Positions 24,456-32,000 are shown, counted from the stretch's first letter. The stretch: DNA of 32,000 nt from Xylanibacter ruminicola 23 (GCF_000025925.1 NC_014033.1:2490001-2522000), one strand, 5' to 3'. Numbers and translations: made by a program. Notes: a model not told the origin generated them from the letters alone.

Positions 24456-26912
24456 ATGAAACAGATTAGATTTTTCCTGGTAACAATGATGCTGACACTC
24501 TCAGCAGTAGTAATGGCACAGAAGACTACCGTTAGTGGTGTGCTGATGGACAAGACCCTGAACGAGGGCGAACCATTTGCCACCGTTCGTGTGTTTAAGG
24601 CTGGCAAAAGCGATAAGCCTATCGCCATGTTTATCACCGACGAGAACGGTCACTTCCAGCAGGAGGTGAAAGGTAAGGGCAAGTTCGACATCGTGTTTAG
24701 CAGCGTAGGTAAGGAAGAGTTGCGACAGAGCATCGAACTGGGAAAAGAAACACCACTCGATCTGGGTACGATCTTTATGAAAGAGAATGAAACCATGCTG
24801 AAAGGTGTGGAGATTGTTGCTCAGAAGCCATTGGTAAAAATGGAGGTTGACAAGATGAGCTACAACGTAGCCGAGGACGAGGATTCGAAATCAAATACCG
24901 TACTGGATATGCTGCGTAAGGTGCCCATGGTAACTGTCGACGGACAGGATAACATCACCGTTAACGGATCGTCATCATTCAAGGTATATGTAGATGGTAT
25001 GCCCAACGTGATGTTCTCGAGCAACCCATCAATGGTATTCAAGAGCATGCCAGCCTCAGCCGTTAAGAGCATCGAGGTAATGACCAACCCAGGCGCCAAG
25101 TACGATGCCGAGGGTGCCGCAGGTGTACTGAACATCGTGATGAACAAGCAAAACCCACAGGCAGCACAGAGCATGAACGGCTATAACGGAACAGTACGTG
25201 CATCGGCTGGCAACAAGCAGTTGGGCGGAAGCCTGTTCCTGAACGGACAGCAGGGCAAGTTGAGTTATAGCGCCAACGTGATGACCAGCTACAACAAACC
25301 TGGCAACACCACCACCGAAATGGAGCAGATTCAGGACAACGGAGTTAGCCAGTTGATGACATCGAGCAACAACGTAAAAACACCATTCACCATGGGAAGC
25401 TTGAGTCTGGGATACCAGCTCGACTCGATGAGTGTGCTGAACCTGACTGCTCAGGTGAACTCGATGAACATGAAGAGCACCGGCACATCTACCACCACCA
25501 TGGGTGGCAACGCTTACGGCAATGGATTCAGTTACGGCAGTACTACAGATATGAAGAACTCGCGTACTTCATTCAGCGGAAGTATCGACTACCAGCGTTT
25601 CTTTAACAAGGAGCACACCCAAAGCCTGGCTCTGACCTACCAGTTGAACTACAGCCCCGCCACCACCGAGATGACCAACAACTTTGGAACAAGCTCGACC
25701 ATTATCGATCTGACCGACCGTTTCTCGGAGAATAAGGATAAGACCACCAACCACATCTTCCAGCTCGACTACACCATGCCACTGGCACAGGGACAAACAC
25801 TGAGTATGGGTAGTAAATTGCAACTGCACGATGCCACATCAGATGCCAAGTACTATCTGAAGGGCACCTACGATCCCAGTTCAAGCTCCGACTACGAGTA
25901 CAAGAACTCTATCTTGGCTGGCTATGGCGAGTATGTAGGCAACTTTGGCAAGTTCGGTATGAAGGCAGGCTTGCGTTACGAGTACACATGGCAGGATGTA
26001 GAGTACCATTTGGGTAATGGTCAGGATTTCAGCACCAGTTACGGTAGTCTGGTTCCAACAGCCAGCATGCAGTACACCATCTCGCAGGGTTCTAACCTCG
26101 GTCTTACCTACAACATGCGTATCTCTCGCCCCGGTATCTCTTACCTGAACCCATACGTTGATAAGACAAACCCCATTGCTCTGAGCTACGGTAACCCCGA
26201 CCTGGATGTTGAGAAGGCACATAACGTATCACTAGTTTACAATGCCTTTACATCAAAGTTGATGGTGAACCTGAACCTGCATCACAACTTTGTGGATAAC
26301 GCCATCTCGCAGTACAGTTTCTACGATACCGACAACCTGTTGAACACCACCTACGGCAACGTTGTAAAGAGTCATCAGACTGGTCTGAGCGGTTACGTTA
26401 ACTACCTGCTCACTAAGAATACCCGTATCTTCTTCAACGGCGGTCTGAACTACACCGACCTGCGCAGTACAGCACTCGACCAGAAAAACAGCGGTTGGAC
26501 AGCTAACATCATGGCCGGCATACAGCAGACACTGCCTTGGGACCTGAAGCTGAGCGCCTTTGCCATCACCTCTACCAAGAGCTACAACCTGCAGGGCTAC
26601 AGCGGCGGTTTCAACCTGGTAACAGCCAGCGTATCGAAGAGTCTGCTCAAGGATAAGCTGAATCTGAGCATTTCAGGACTGATGGGACTGAACAAGGGCG
26701 GCAACATCAATATCGAGACCTCAAGCCGCGGTAAGGACTTTACCAGCAACACCAGCATCAAGGTGCCCATCTACGGCGTAACCTTCACCGTCAGCTACAC
26801 CTTCGGAAACTCAAGAGTATCGCAGAAGCAGCACCAGAGCCGCGTACAGAACGACTTCATCGAGCAGCAGTCGCAGGGTGAGATGTTGAACAGCATCGGC
26901 AGCGATATGTAA
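24456..26912 (+). CDS. Outer-membrane beta-barrel family protein (TonB-dependent-receptor-like, carboxypeptidase-regulatory-like N-domain)
   Basis: Signal peptide ending VVMAQ; TVSGVLMD..GEPFATVRVF N-domain; plug-like LDMLRKVPMVTVDGQDNITVNGS; long Ser/Thr/Asn/Tyr-rich beta-strand region. Confidence 0.85.
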   Translation: MKQIRFFLVTMMLTLSAVVMAQKTTVSGVLMDKTLNEGEPFATVRVFKAGKSDKPIAMFITDENGHFQQEVKGKGKFDIVFSSVGKEELRQSIELGKETPLDLGTIFMKENETMLKGVEIVAQKPLVKMEVDKMSYNVAEDEDSKSNTVLDMLRKVPMVTVDGQDNITVNGSSSFKVYVDGMPNVMFSSNPSMVFKSMPASAVKSIEVMTNPGAKYDAEGAAGVLNIVMNKQNPQAAQSMNGYNGTVRASAGNKQLGGSLFLNGQQGKLSYSANVMTSYNKPGNTTTEMEQIQDNGVSQLMTSSNNVKTPFTMGSLSLGYQLDSMSVLNLTAQVNSMNMKSTGTSTTTMGGNAYGNGFSYGSTTDMKNSRTSFSGSIDYQRFFNKEHTQSLALTYQLNYSPATTEMTNNFGTSSTIIDLTDRFSENKDKTTNHIFQLDYTMPLAQGQTLSMGSKLQLHDATSDAKYYLKGTYDPSSSSDYEYKNSILAGYGEYVGNFGKFGMKAGLRYEYTWQDVEYHLGNGQDFSTSYGSLVPTASMQYTISQGSNLGLTYNMRISRPGISYLNPYVDKTNPIALSYGNPDLDVEKAHNVSLVYNAFTSKLMVNLNLHHNFVDNAISQYSFYDTDNLLNTTYGNVVKSHQTGLSGYVNYLLTKNTRIFFNGGLNYTDLRSTALDQKNSGWTANIMAGIQQTLPWDLKLSAFAITSTKSYNLQGYSGGFNLVTASVSKSLLKDKLNLSISGLMGLNKGGNINIETSSRGKDFTSNTSIKVPIYGVTFTVSYTFGNSRVSQKQHQSRVQNDFIEQQSQGEMLNSIGSDM

Positions 26913-26922
26913 GAAAAAGATG

Positions 26923-26961
26923 GAATAAAGCGTTCTTTTTACAAAAAAGGGCGCTTTATTC
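26923..26961 (+). terminator. Long hairpin after the OMP gene (terminator candidate, no U-tract)
   Basis: GAATAAAGCG (26923-26932) pairs with CGCTTTATTC (26952-26961). The inner TTCTTTTT/AAAAAGGG extends the stem. Confidence 0.5.
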
Positions 26962-26973
26962 TAAATTATTTCA

Positions 26974-26981
26974 TATATTTG
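26974..26981 (+). promoter_or_regulatory. -7 promoter motif candidate for the LytS/LytTR operon
   Basis: The G of TATATTTG lies 9 nt before ATG 26990, implying a very short leader. Confidence 0.4.
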
Positions 26982-26989
26982 CAAGCGTT

Positions 26990-28039
26990 ATGAAGAAGAT
27001 AGAGAAAAAAAATATCTGGTTACTACTGACACAGCTTGGTGTTTGGGCCATCATCATACTGGCAATGCCGCTGGCCACATTCCTTAGCACGCAAGACTTA
27101 CATGCCACAAAGACCTCGTTCTTTGTGGTTTGGGGTATTCTACACTCGCCCTTCGTAATCTATTTCATCAACTTCTACCTGTTCGGTCCATTCCTGTTTT
27201 TCCGCCGCAGGTTCTGGTGGTTCGCACTGTGCAACCTGCTCACTATCCTACTGATGAACAGTCAGTTCTTCATGCTATGGTTCCATCGTGACCGCATTCC
27301 GCATGAGATAACGATGACACCAAACATGTGGATAGGTATCTTTGCAGGCATGTTGTTGTTTATGCTGCTCAACTGCTTTGTGGGCGCTATCGCCATCGGC
27401 ATACGCCACTTTATGCGCATCCGACAAATCAAACAGCAACTGAAAGACGAGAAAGCCAAGAACACTGAGGCCGAACTGGCTTGGCTCAAAAATCAGATAA
27501 ACCCACATTTCTTATTTAATACACTCAACAATATTTCGAGTTTGTGCCAAATAGATGCAGATGCCGCCCAGGATGCTATCGCACAACTGAGCGATTTGTT
27601 GCGCTACGCTATGTACGAGACAAATAAGAAAACGGTGCCCATCGAGGGCGAGGTGGAGTTTATGCGTAACTACATCGAGCTGATGAAACTGCGCTGTAAC
27701 GAGAAAACCGAGGTAACAACTTCGTTCGATATCAAACAGAACATGGAGATAGCTCCTTTGCTATTCATATCACTCGTAGAGAATGCATTCAAACACGGTG
27801 TGAGCAGTAACCGTCCGTCGAAGATCGACATCCGATTGCTGCAGAACGCTGACGAACTGATATTCAACTGCGACAACACCAACTTCCCCAAGGATGATGC
27901 CGACCGTAGTGGTTCGGGCATCGGACTGGAGAACACCCGTCGCCGCCTGGAATTAATGTACGCAGGCAGGTACACATGGGAGCAATCCCTCGAAGACAAT
28001 ATTTATCACGTGAGGATTACTTTAAACATTATACATTAA
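26990..28039 (+). CDS. LytS/YehU-type sensor histidine kinase (membrane-embedded sensor)
   Basis: Four hydrophobic segments with no periplasmic domain. His_kinase motif NQINPHFLFNTLNNI; N-box VENAFKHGV; G-box GSGIGLENTRRRL. Confidence 0.9.
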   Translation: MKKIEKKNIWLLLTQLGVWAIIILAMPLATFLSTQDLHATKTSFFVVWGILHSPFVIYFINFYLFGPFLFFRRRFWWFALCNLLTILLMNSQFFMLWFHRDRIPHEITMTPNMWIGIFAGMLLFMLLNCFVGAIAIGIRHFMRIRQIKQQLKDEKAKNTEAELAWLKNQINPHFLFNTLNNISSLCQIDADAAQDAIAQLSDLLRYAMYETNKKTVPIEGEVEFMRNYIELMKLRCNEKTEVTTSFDIKQNMEIAPLLFISLVENAFKHGVSSNRPSKIDIRLLQNADELIFNCDNTNFPKDDADRSGSGIGLENTRRRLELMYAGRYTWEQSLEDNIYHVRITLNIIH

Positions 28040-28065
28040 ACATTAAAGATTAAACATTAAACATT
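28024..28065. repeat. Heptanucleotide tandem repeat, (AAACATT)-like x6
   Basis: Units: AAACATT, ATACATT, AAACATT, AAAGATT, AAACATT, AAACATT. The array spans the last five sense codons and the stop of the kinase and ends 2 nt before the regulator ATG. Confidence 0.85.
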
Positions 28066-28067
28066 AT

Positions 28068-28808
28068 ATGCCATTAACCTGTATTATAGTAGATGATGAG
28101 CCACTGGCCGTAAAGCTGATGGAATCGTTTGTAGCTAAGACACCCGACTTGAAACTGCTGGGCAGTTTCACCGACTCGGTAGAGGCTATCAACGCCGTTA
28201 AGGAGCAGAAGCCCAACCTGCTGTTCCTCGACATACAGATGCCCGACCTGAACGGCATGGAGCTGGCCCACATGATTCCAGCCGAAACACGTGTGGTGTT
28301 CACCACCGCCTTCAAGGAGTATGCCTTTGAGAGTTACGAGGTGAGTGCCCTCGACTTCCTGCTCAAGCCCATCCGCTATAACAAGTTCATGGTGGCCGTA
28401 GAGAAAGCCAAGGAGTGGTTTGCCAAAAGCGAATCGCCTGTCAGCCAACACCCATCCCCCATCACCAATCACCCATCAGCCATCTTCGTTCGCGTGGATG
28501 GCGAGTTGCGTAATATCACCATCAGTGATATCATCTATGTAAATGGTATGAAGGATTACGTGATGTTCTATCTCGACAGCGAGCCCAAGCCACTCATCAC
28601 CCACCTCACGATGAAAGCTGTTGAGGAGATGCTGCCACCTGAGAAATTTCTGCGTGTACACCGATCATATATTATAGCGGTTGACAAAATAAGAAAGGTT
28701 GACCGCAACGATTGCATTTACATCGGAAACGAGATTATTCACGTGCCCGATGGTTACCAAGATGCCTTCCATAAATTCCTGGGAACGCGCACAATTAACA
28801 AAATGTAA
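28068..28808 (+). CDS. LytTR-family DNA-binding response regulator
   Basis: Receiver IIVDDEPLA..LLFLDIQMPDLNG..FTTA..LLKP. C-terminal LytTR domain (FVRVDGELRNITISDIIYV...FLRVHRSYII). Confidence 0.9.
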   Translation: MPLTCIIVDDEPLAVKLMESFVAKTPDLKLLGSFTDSVEAINAVKEQKPNLLFLDIQMPDLNGMELAHMIPAETRVVFTTAFKEYAFESYEVSALDFLLKPIRYNKFMVAVEKAKEWFAKSESPVSQHPSPITNHPSAIFVRVDGELRNITISDIIYVNGMKDYVMFYLDSEPKPLITHLTMKAVEEMLPPEKFLRVHRSYIIAVDKIRKVDRNDCIYIGNEIIHVPDGYQDAFHKFLGTRTINKM

Positions 28809-28860
28809 CTTTGCGATAAAAATTTTCGGGTTTTTACTTGGATGGTATCGGTAATTTTCC

Positions 28861-28868
28861 TACTTTTG
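28861..28868 (+). promoter_or_regulatory. -7 promoter motif candidate for gdhA
   Basis: TACTTTTG lies 47 nt upstream of ATG 28915. Confidence 0.45.
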
Positions 28869-28895
28869 CAGTACAATTAGTAACAAAATGTAAAC

Positions 28896-28909
28896 TTAAA
28901 ACGTTTTAA
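28896..28909. promoter_or_regulatory. Perfect 14-bp palindrome TTAAAACGTTTTAA in the gdhA leader
   Basis: Read directly from the sequence. It lies between the -7 motif and the start codon and ends 5 nt before the ATG. Confidence 0.3.
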
Positions 28910-28914
28910 CGACA

Positions 28915-30252
28915 ATGGAAGTTGAGAAAATTATGCAGGCCTTGGAGCAGAAGCATCCAGGCGAAATGGAGTACTTACAGGCAGTAAGAGAGGTGTTGGA
29001 CAGCATCAAGGATGTGTACAACCAGCACCCCGAGTTTGAGAAAGCCAAAATCATAGAGCGCATCGTAGAGCCAGAGCGTATCACTACTTTCCGTGTGCCC
29101 TGGGTCGACGACAAGGGCGAGGTACAGGTAAACATTGGTTACCGTGTGCAGTTCAATAGCGCCATCGGCCCCTACAAAGGCGGTTTGCGTTTCCACCCAT
29201 CAGTAAACCTCAGTATCCTGAAGTTCCTCGGTTTCGAGCAGACCTTCAAGAATGCACTTACCACCCTGCCTATGGGTGGCGGTAAGGGCGGATCCGACTT
29301 TGCTCCCCGTGGTAAGAGCGATGCCGAGATTATGCGTTTCTGCCAGGCATTCATGTGCGAGCTGTACAAGGTGATCGGTCCTGATATGGACGTACCTGCC
29401 GGTGATATCGGCGTAGGTGGTCGCGAGATTGGTTATCTGTTCGGCTACTACAAGAAGCTCACCAGCCAGTTCCATGGCGCTACCCTCACTGGTAAGGGTA
29501 TGGAATGGGGCGGCTCTATCCTGCGCCCAGAGGCTACAGGTTATGGTGCACTCTACTTTGTTCACCACATGCTGGAGACTCACGGACTCGACATCAAGGG
29601 TAAGACCGTTGCTCTGTCAGGTTTCGGTAACGTAGCATGGGGTGCTGCCAAGAAGGCCACCGAGATGGGTGCCAAGGTTATCACCATCTCAGGTCCTGAT
29701 GGATACATCTACGATCCCGCAGGTCTCGATGCAGAGAAGATTGAGTACATGCTGGAGCTCCGTGCCAGTGGTAACGACGTATGTCAGCCATACGAGGAGG
29801 AGTTCGAGGGTTCTAAGTTCTTCGCAGGCAAGAAGCCTTGGGAGCAGAAGGCCGACATCTATCTGCCATGTGCTACTCAGAACGAGCTGAATGGTGCTGA
29901 TGCCGACATGATTCTGGCCAACAAGCCACTCTGCGTAGCCGAGGTATCTAACATGGGTTGCACAGCCGAGGCTGTCAACAAGTTCATCGCCGCTGGTCAG
30001 CTGTTCGCTCCTGGTAAGGCTGTTAACGCCGGTGGTGTAGCCACATCAGGTTTGGAGATGACTCAGAACTCAATGCGCATGAGCTGGACCGCCGAGGAGG
30101 TTGACCAGCGTCTGCACCAGATTATGAGTGGTATCCACGAGCAGTGCGTGAAGTACGGTAAGGAAGGCAACTACATTAACTATGTAAAGGGTGCCAACGT
30201 AGCCGGCTTCATGAAGGTCGCTAAGGCTATGCTCGCTCAGGGCATCGTGTAG
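28915..30252 (+). CDS. gdhA: NAD(P)-specific glutamate dehydrogenase
   Basis: 445 aa. Motifs QFNSAIGPYKGGLRFHPSVN, LPMGGGKGGSDF (catalytic Lys), GFGNVAWGAAKK (Rossmann fold). Confidence 0.95.
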   Translation: MEVEKIMQALEQKHPGEMEYLQAVREVLDSIKDVYNQHPEFEKAKIIERIVEPERITTFRVPWVDDKGEVQVNIGYRVQFNSAIGPYKGGLRFHPSVNLSILKFLGFEQTFKNALTTLPMGGGKGGSDFAPRGKSDAEIMRFCQAFMCELYKVIGPDMDVPAGDIGVGGREIGYLFGYYKKLTSQFHGATLTGKGMEWGGSILRPEATGYGALYFVHHMLETHGLDIKGKTVALSGFGNVAWGAAKKATEMGAKVITISGPDGYIYDPAGLDAEKIEYMLELRASGNDVCQPYEEEFEGSKFFAGKKPWEQKADIYLPCATQNELNGADADMILANKPLCVAEVSNMGCTAEAVNKFIAAGQLFAPGKAVNAGGVATSGLEMTQNSMRMSWTAEEVDQRLHQIMSGIHEQCVKYGKEGNYINYVKGANVAGFMKVAKAMLAQGIV

Positions 30253-30257
30253 AGCTC

Positions 30258-30343
30258 GGCGATAGCCAAGGTCTATTCTGCCATGCTGTCAGGCATTGGC
30301 GGCGATAGCCAAGGTCTATACTGCCATGCTTCGGCATGAAGGC
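30258..30343. repeat. Tandem duplication of a 43-bp unit, each copy carrying a hairpin (probable duplicated terminator)
   Basis: 30258-30287 and 30301-30330 are identical at 29 of 30 positions (GGCGATAGCCAAGGTCTAT[T/A]CTGCCATGCT). Hairpins lie at 30280-30300 and 30322-30344; the latter is CATGC-TTCG-GCATG. Confidence 0.75.
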
Positions 30344-30348
30344 ATTGT

Positions 30349-30861
30349 ATGATCAAATTCATAAAAATAGTCGCAACGACACTAACACTAATAATAAGCT
30401 TTACCGCTCAGGCGCAAACCGAGAGCGGTAAGGCTTCGTTTTATTCTAAAAGCTCCAGCGGCCGCCGAACGGCCAGCGGTGTGCGACTGCATCACGACAG
30501 TCTTACATGCGCCCACCGCACCTACCCTTTCGGTACACTGCTGTTAGTAACCAACCCAGCCAATGGTAACCATGTTATCGTAAAGGTCATCGACCGTGGT
30601 CCGTACGTTAAAGGTCGCGTTATCGACCTCTCGCATCGTGCCGCCAAAGAGTTAGGCATCATCGCCCAGGGCATAGCCCCAGTGATTGTCGAGGAGTTTA
30701 ACGAGTCGGTCATCCCGTTCAAACCTGCCGAGGTATTCAGCAAGCCAGAGCTCGACTTAAGTACCAGCGATGGCGATGCCGCCACACCAATCTGGGTTGA
30801 ACTAAACCAACAGATGAAACAGAAAAAGCAGCAGGAGCATAAAGAAAAAAAGAAGCGATAG
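30349..30861 (+). CDS. rlpA: RlpA-like (septal ring lytic transglycosylase / DPBB domain) protein
   Basis: Signal peptide; ASFYS..GRRTASG...CAHRTYPFGTLLLVTN..NGNHVIVKVIDRGPYVKGRVIDLSHRAAKELG; Lys-rich tail. Confidence 0.85.
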   Translation: MIKFIKIVATTLTLIISFTAQAQTESGKASFYSKSSSGRRTASGVRLHHDSLTCAHRTYPFGTLLLVTNPANGNHVIVKVIDRGPYVKGRVIDLSHRAAKELGIIAQGIAPVIVEEFNESVIPFKPAEVFSKPELDLSTSDGDAATPIWVELNQQMKQKKQQEHKEKKKR

Positions 30862-30878
30862 GACGAACCCTATCGCTT
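30853..30878. terminator. Bidirectional hairpin spanning both stop codons of the convergent genes
   Basis: AAGCGATAGG (30853-30862) pairs with CCTATCGCTT (30869-30878), a 10-bp stem with a 6-nt loop. It contains TAG 30859-30861 (+) and the - strand stop at 30870-30872. Confidence 0.6.
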
Positions 30879-31568
30879 ACTTGTTTGAATCCTGAACTCC
30901 CTTGTCTGGGAAACAATCTCATTACGACCTAGAAAAACTCCTATACGGAAAACAGCCTCGCCATCTCTTAATCCATTATCAGCCCGTACGAGCGCTGTAT
31001 ATCTGATGCCCTTACCTGGGGCTATACTCTCTATCATTACGTTGTCAGAAACCTCTATATGCTTGTTTCCGCTTATTTCTGTTACATTAGGACGTACGCG
31101 GTACAGAATCTTATCTGTTGTATTATAAACCTCGAACACAATTCTGGCCTCCTCACCACGTGCCAGCACCTGGTCGCGACTACTGTCGATCAGCATCGGA
31201 CGGCGGATCTCCAACACATCAGGTGTGCGAGCTGGTGTATTATCCATATATATGCGATCATCGGGATAGTCATAATCCGACTGGCGTTGAACACTGCCAC
31301 GATCCATACGGCGCTGCTCGTATTGCTCCACCTTCTTTTGATGCGCTTCATCGGCTGCTTGTCCTACAGCTGCACCAACAATTGCACCACCGGCCATGCC
31401 AATCAGCGTGCCGACATCACTGCCACGTGGACCGCCAGAAAGGCCTCCGATAGCCGAACCGATGATTGATCCGAACCAGGCACCTGTGGTAGCCCCTGTC
31501 TCCGTGTAGGTGCCACAACTACTCAGCAGCAGCATGGCACCAAGCGACATAACAAACAACTTCTTCAT
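30870..31568 (-). CDS. Glycine-zipper lipoprotein with a C-terminal beta-rich domain; function unknown
   Basis: Start at the ATG at 31566-31568 gives MKKLFVMSLGAMLLLSSCG (lipobox); the ORF-track start at 31574 is a TTG. Gly-zipper GSIIGSAIGGLSGG...GMAGGAIVGAAVG. Confidence 0.75.
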   Translation of the reverse strand: MKKLFVMSLGAMLLLSSCGTYTETGATTGAWFGSIIGSAIGGLSGGPRGSDVGTLIGMAGGAIVGAAVGQAADEAHQKKVEQYEQRRMDRGSVQRQSDYDYPDDRIYMDNTPARTPDVLEIRRPMLIDSSRDQVLARGEEARIVFEVYNTTDKILYRVRPNVTEISGNKHIEVSDNVMIESIAPGKGIRYTALVRADNGLRDGEAVFRIGVFLGRNEIVSQTREFRIQTSKR

Positions 31569-31602
31569 AACCAATCTAACTAACTAATTAACTATTTCGG
31601 TG

Positions 31603-31610
31603 CAAAGATA
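31603..31610 (-). promoter_or_regulatory. -7 promoter motif candidate for the lipoprotein gene
   Basis: CAAAGATA on the + strand equals TATCTTTG on the - strand, 35 nt upstream of ATG 31568. Confidence 0.4.
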
Positions 31611-31700
31611 CGCATATATACAAAAAAAAGAAAAGGAATTCCCCCACACTTTGGTAGGAAAATCCCTATTCTTTATAATTAGAATATAAAATTCTAACGA

Positions 31701-32000
31701 TTACTCAGCCTTAGCCTCTTCAGCAGGAGCCTCAGTTGCAGGAGCCTCAGCTACGGGAGCCTCAGCAGCCTCTGCCTTTGGAGCAGCCTTGCGTGAACGA
31801 CGGGTTGACTTCTTCTTAGTATCCTTTGCCATCTCTGGATCAAAGTCAACGAGCTCGATGAAGCAAACCTGAGCAGCGTCACCCTGACGAGTACCGAGCT
31901 TAATGATACGAGTGTATCCACCGGGACGATCGCCAACCTTCTCACTTACAGTAGAGAAAAGCTCCTTGATAGCCTCCTTGTTCTGGAGGTAGCTGAATAC
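31701..32000 (-). CDS. rplQ: 50S ribosomal protein L17, 3' part (start lies beyond the right edge)
   Basis: My own reverse-strand translation from nt 32000 is [52 protein letters not shown]..., followed by a Lys/Ala/Glu/Pro-rich tail and a TAA stop at 31701-31703. It is absent from the ORF track because no start codon lies in the window. Confidence 0.9.
   Translation of the reverse strand, partial: VFSYLQNKEAIKELFSTVSEKVGDRPGGYTRIIKLGTRQGDAAQVCFIELVDFDPEMAKDTKKKSTRRSRKAAPKAEAAEAPVAEAPATEAPAEEAKAE
31724..31768. repeat. 15-bp tandem repeat x3 inside the rplQ tail
   Basis: CAGGAGCCTCAGTTG / CAGGAGCCTCAGCTA / CGGGAGCCTCAGCAG on the + strand. On the - strand this encodes the (EAPx)-type repeats [15 protein letters not shown]. 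Confidence 0.7.

Noticed and set aside
6246-30252. glnA, metY and gdhA within 24 kb, considered as a possible nitrogen-assimilation island.
   Set aside because: The genes lie on different strands with their own promoters. They are separated by an unrelated PUL and other genes. I see no shared cis element apart from a weak AACGT core. This is most likely coincidence of core genes.
31751-31945. A 64-aa minus-strand ORF in the ORF track ([10 protein letters not shown]...).
   Set aside because: It is out of frame with, and entirely inside, the rplQ coding region recognised by direct translation.
1-32000. Search for defence systems, toxin-antitoxin pairs, CRISPR arrays, tRNA/rRNA genes, integrases, transposases, inverted terminal repeats or abrupt composition shifts.
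   Set aside because: None was seen. All intergenic gaps are 180 bp or shorter and are explained by promoters and terminators. Gene content is housekeeping, a PUL and signalling genes. I do not want to over-interpret an ordinary region.

Overview
This 32-kb chromosomal segment reads as Bacteroidota, most like Prevotella/Segatella. The basis is a SusC/SusD pair, a hybrid two-component regulator, lipoprotein GH43 genes, roughly 50% GC by eye, and a TAnnTTTG -7 promoter motif upstream of almost every transcription unit. I call 19 densely packed, apparently intact protein genes. (i) A 5'-truncated receiver-domain / PEP-pyruvate-binding ATP-grasp fusion protein, followed by two tandem paralogous Cache-HAMP sensors. 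(ii) glnA. (iii) A five-gene minus-strand polysaccharide utilization locus (GH43, unknown 669-aa protein, SusC, SusD, GH43) with a divergent HTCS regulator. (iv) A small Cys-motif protein, an S66 LD-carboxypeptidase homolog and an O-acetylhomoserine sulfhydrylase. (v) An outer-membrane beta-barrel protein plus a LytS/LytTR pair. (vi) gdhA, an RlpA-like protein, a glycine-zipper lipoprotein, and the 3' part of rplQ, which the ORF track missed because its start lies outside the window. I see no rRNA, tRNA, CRISPR, transposase, integrase, phage or recognisable defence genes, so this is core metabolism plus one PUL rather than an obvious accessory island. The most unusual items are: (a) the receiver-ATP-grasp enzyme next to a sensor pair whose first member is kinase-dead (phospho-His replaced by Asp, no ATPase domain) and overlaps the intact kinase by ATGA; (b) an S66 peptidase homolog with both the nucleophile Ser and the catalytic His substituted; (c) an uncharacterised 669-aa secreted protein inside the PUL operon; (d) an 11-bp direct repeat in the HTCS/PUL divergent promoter; (e) a 7-bp x6 microsatellite bridging the LytS stop and the LytTR start. 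All family assignments come from motifs I can read in the translations. No database search was run.
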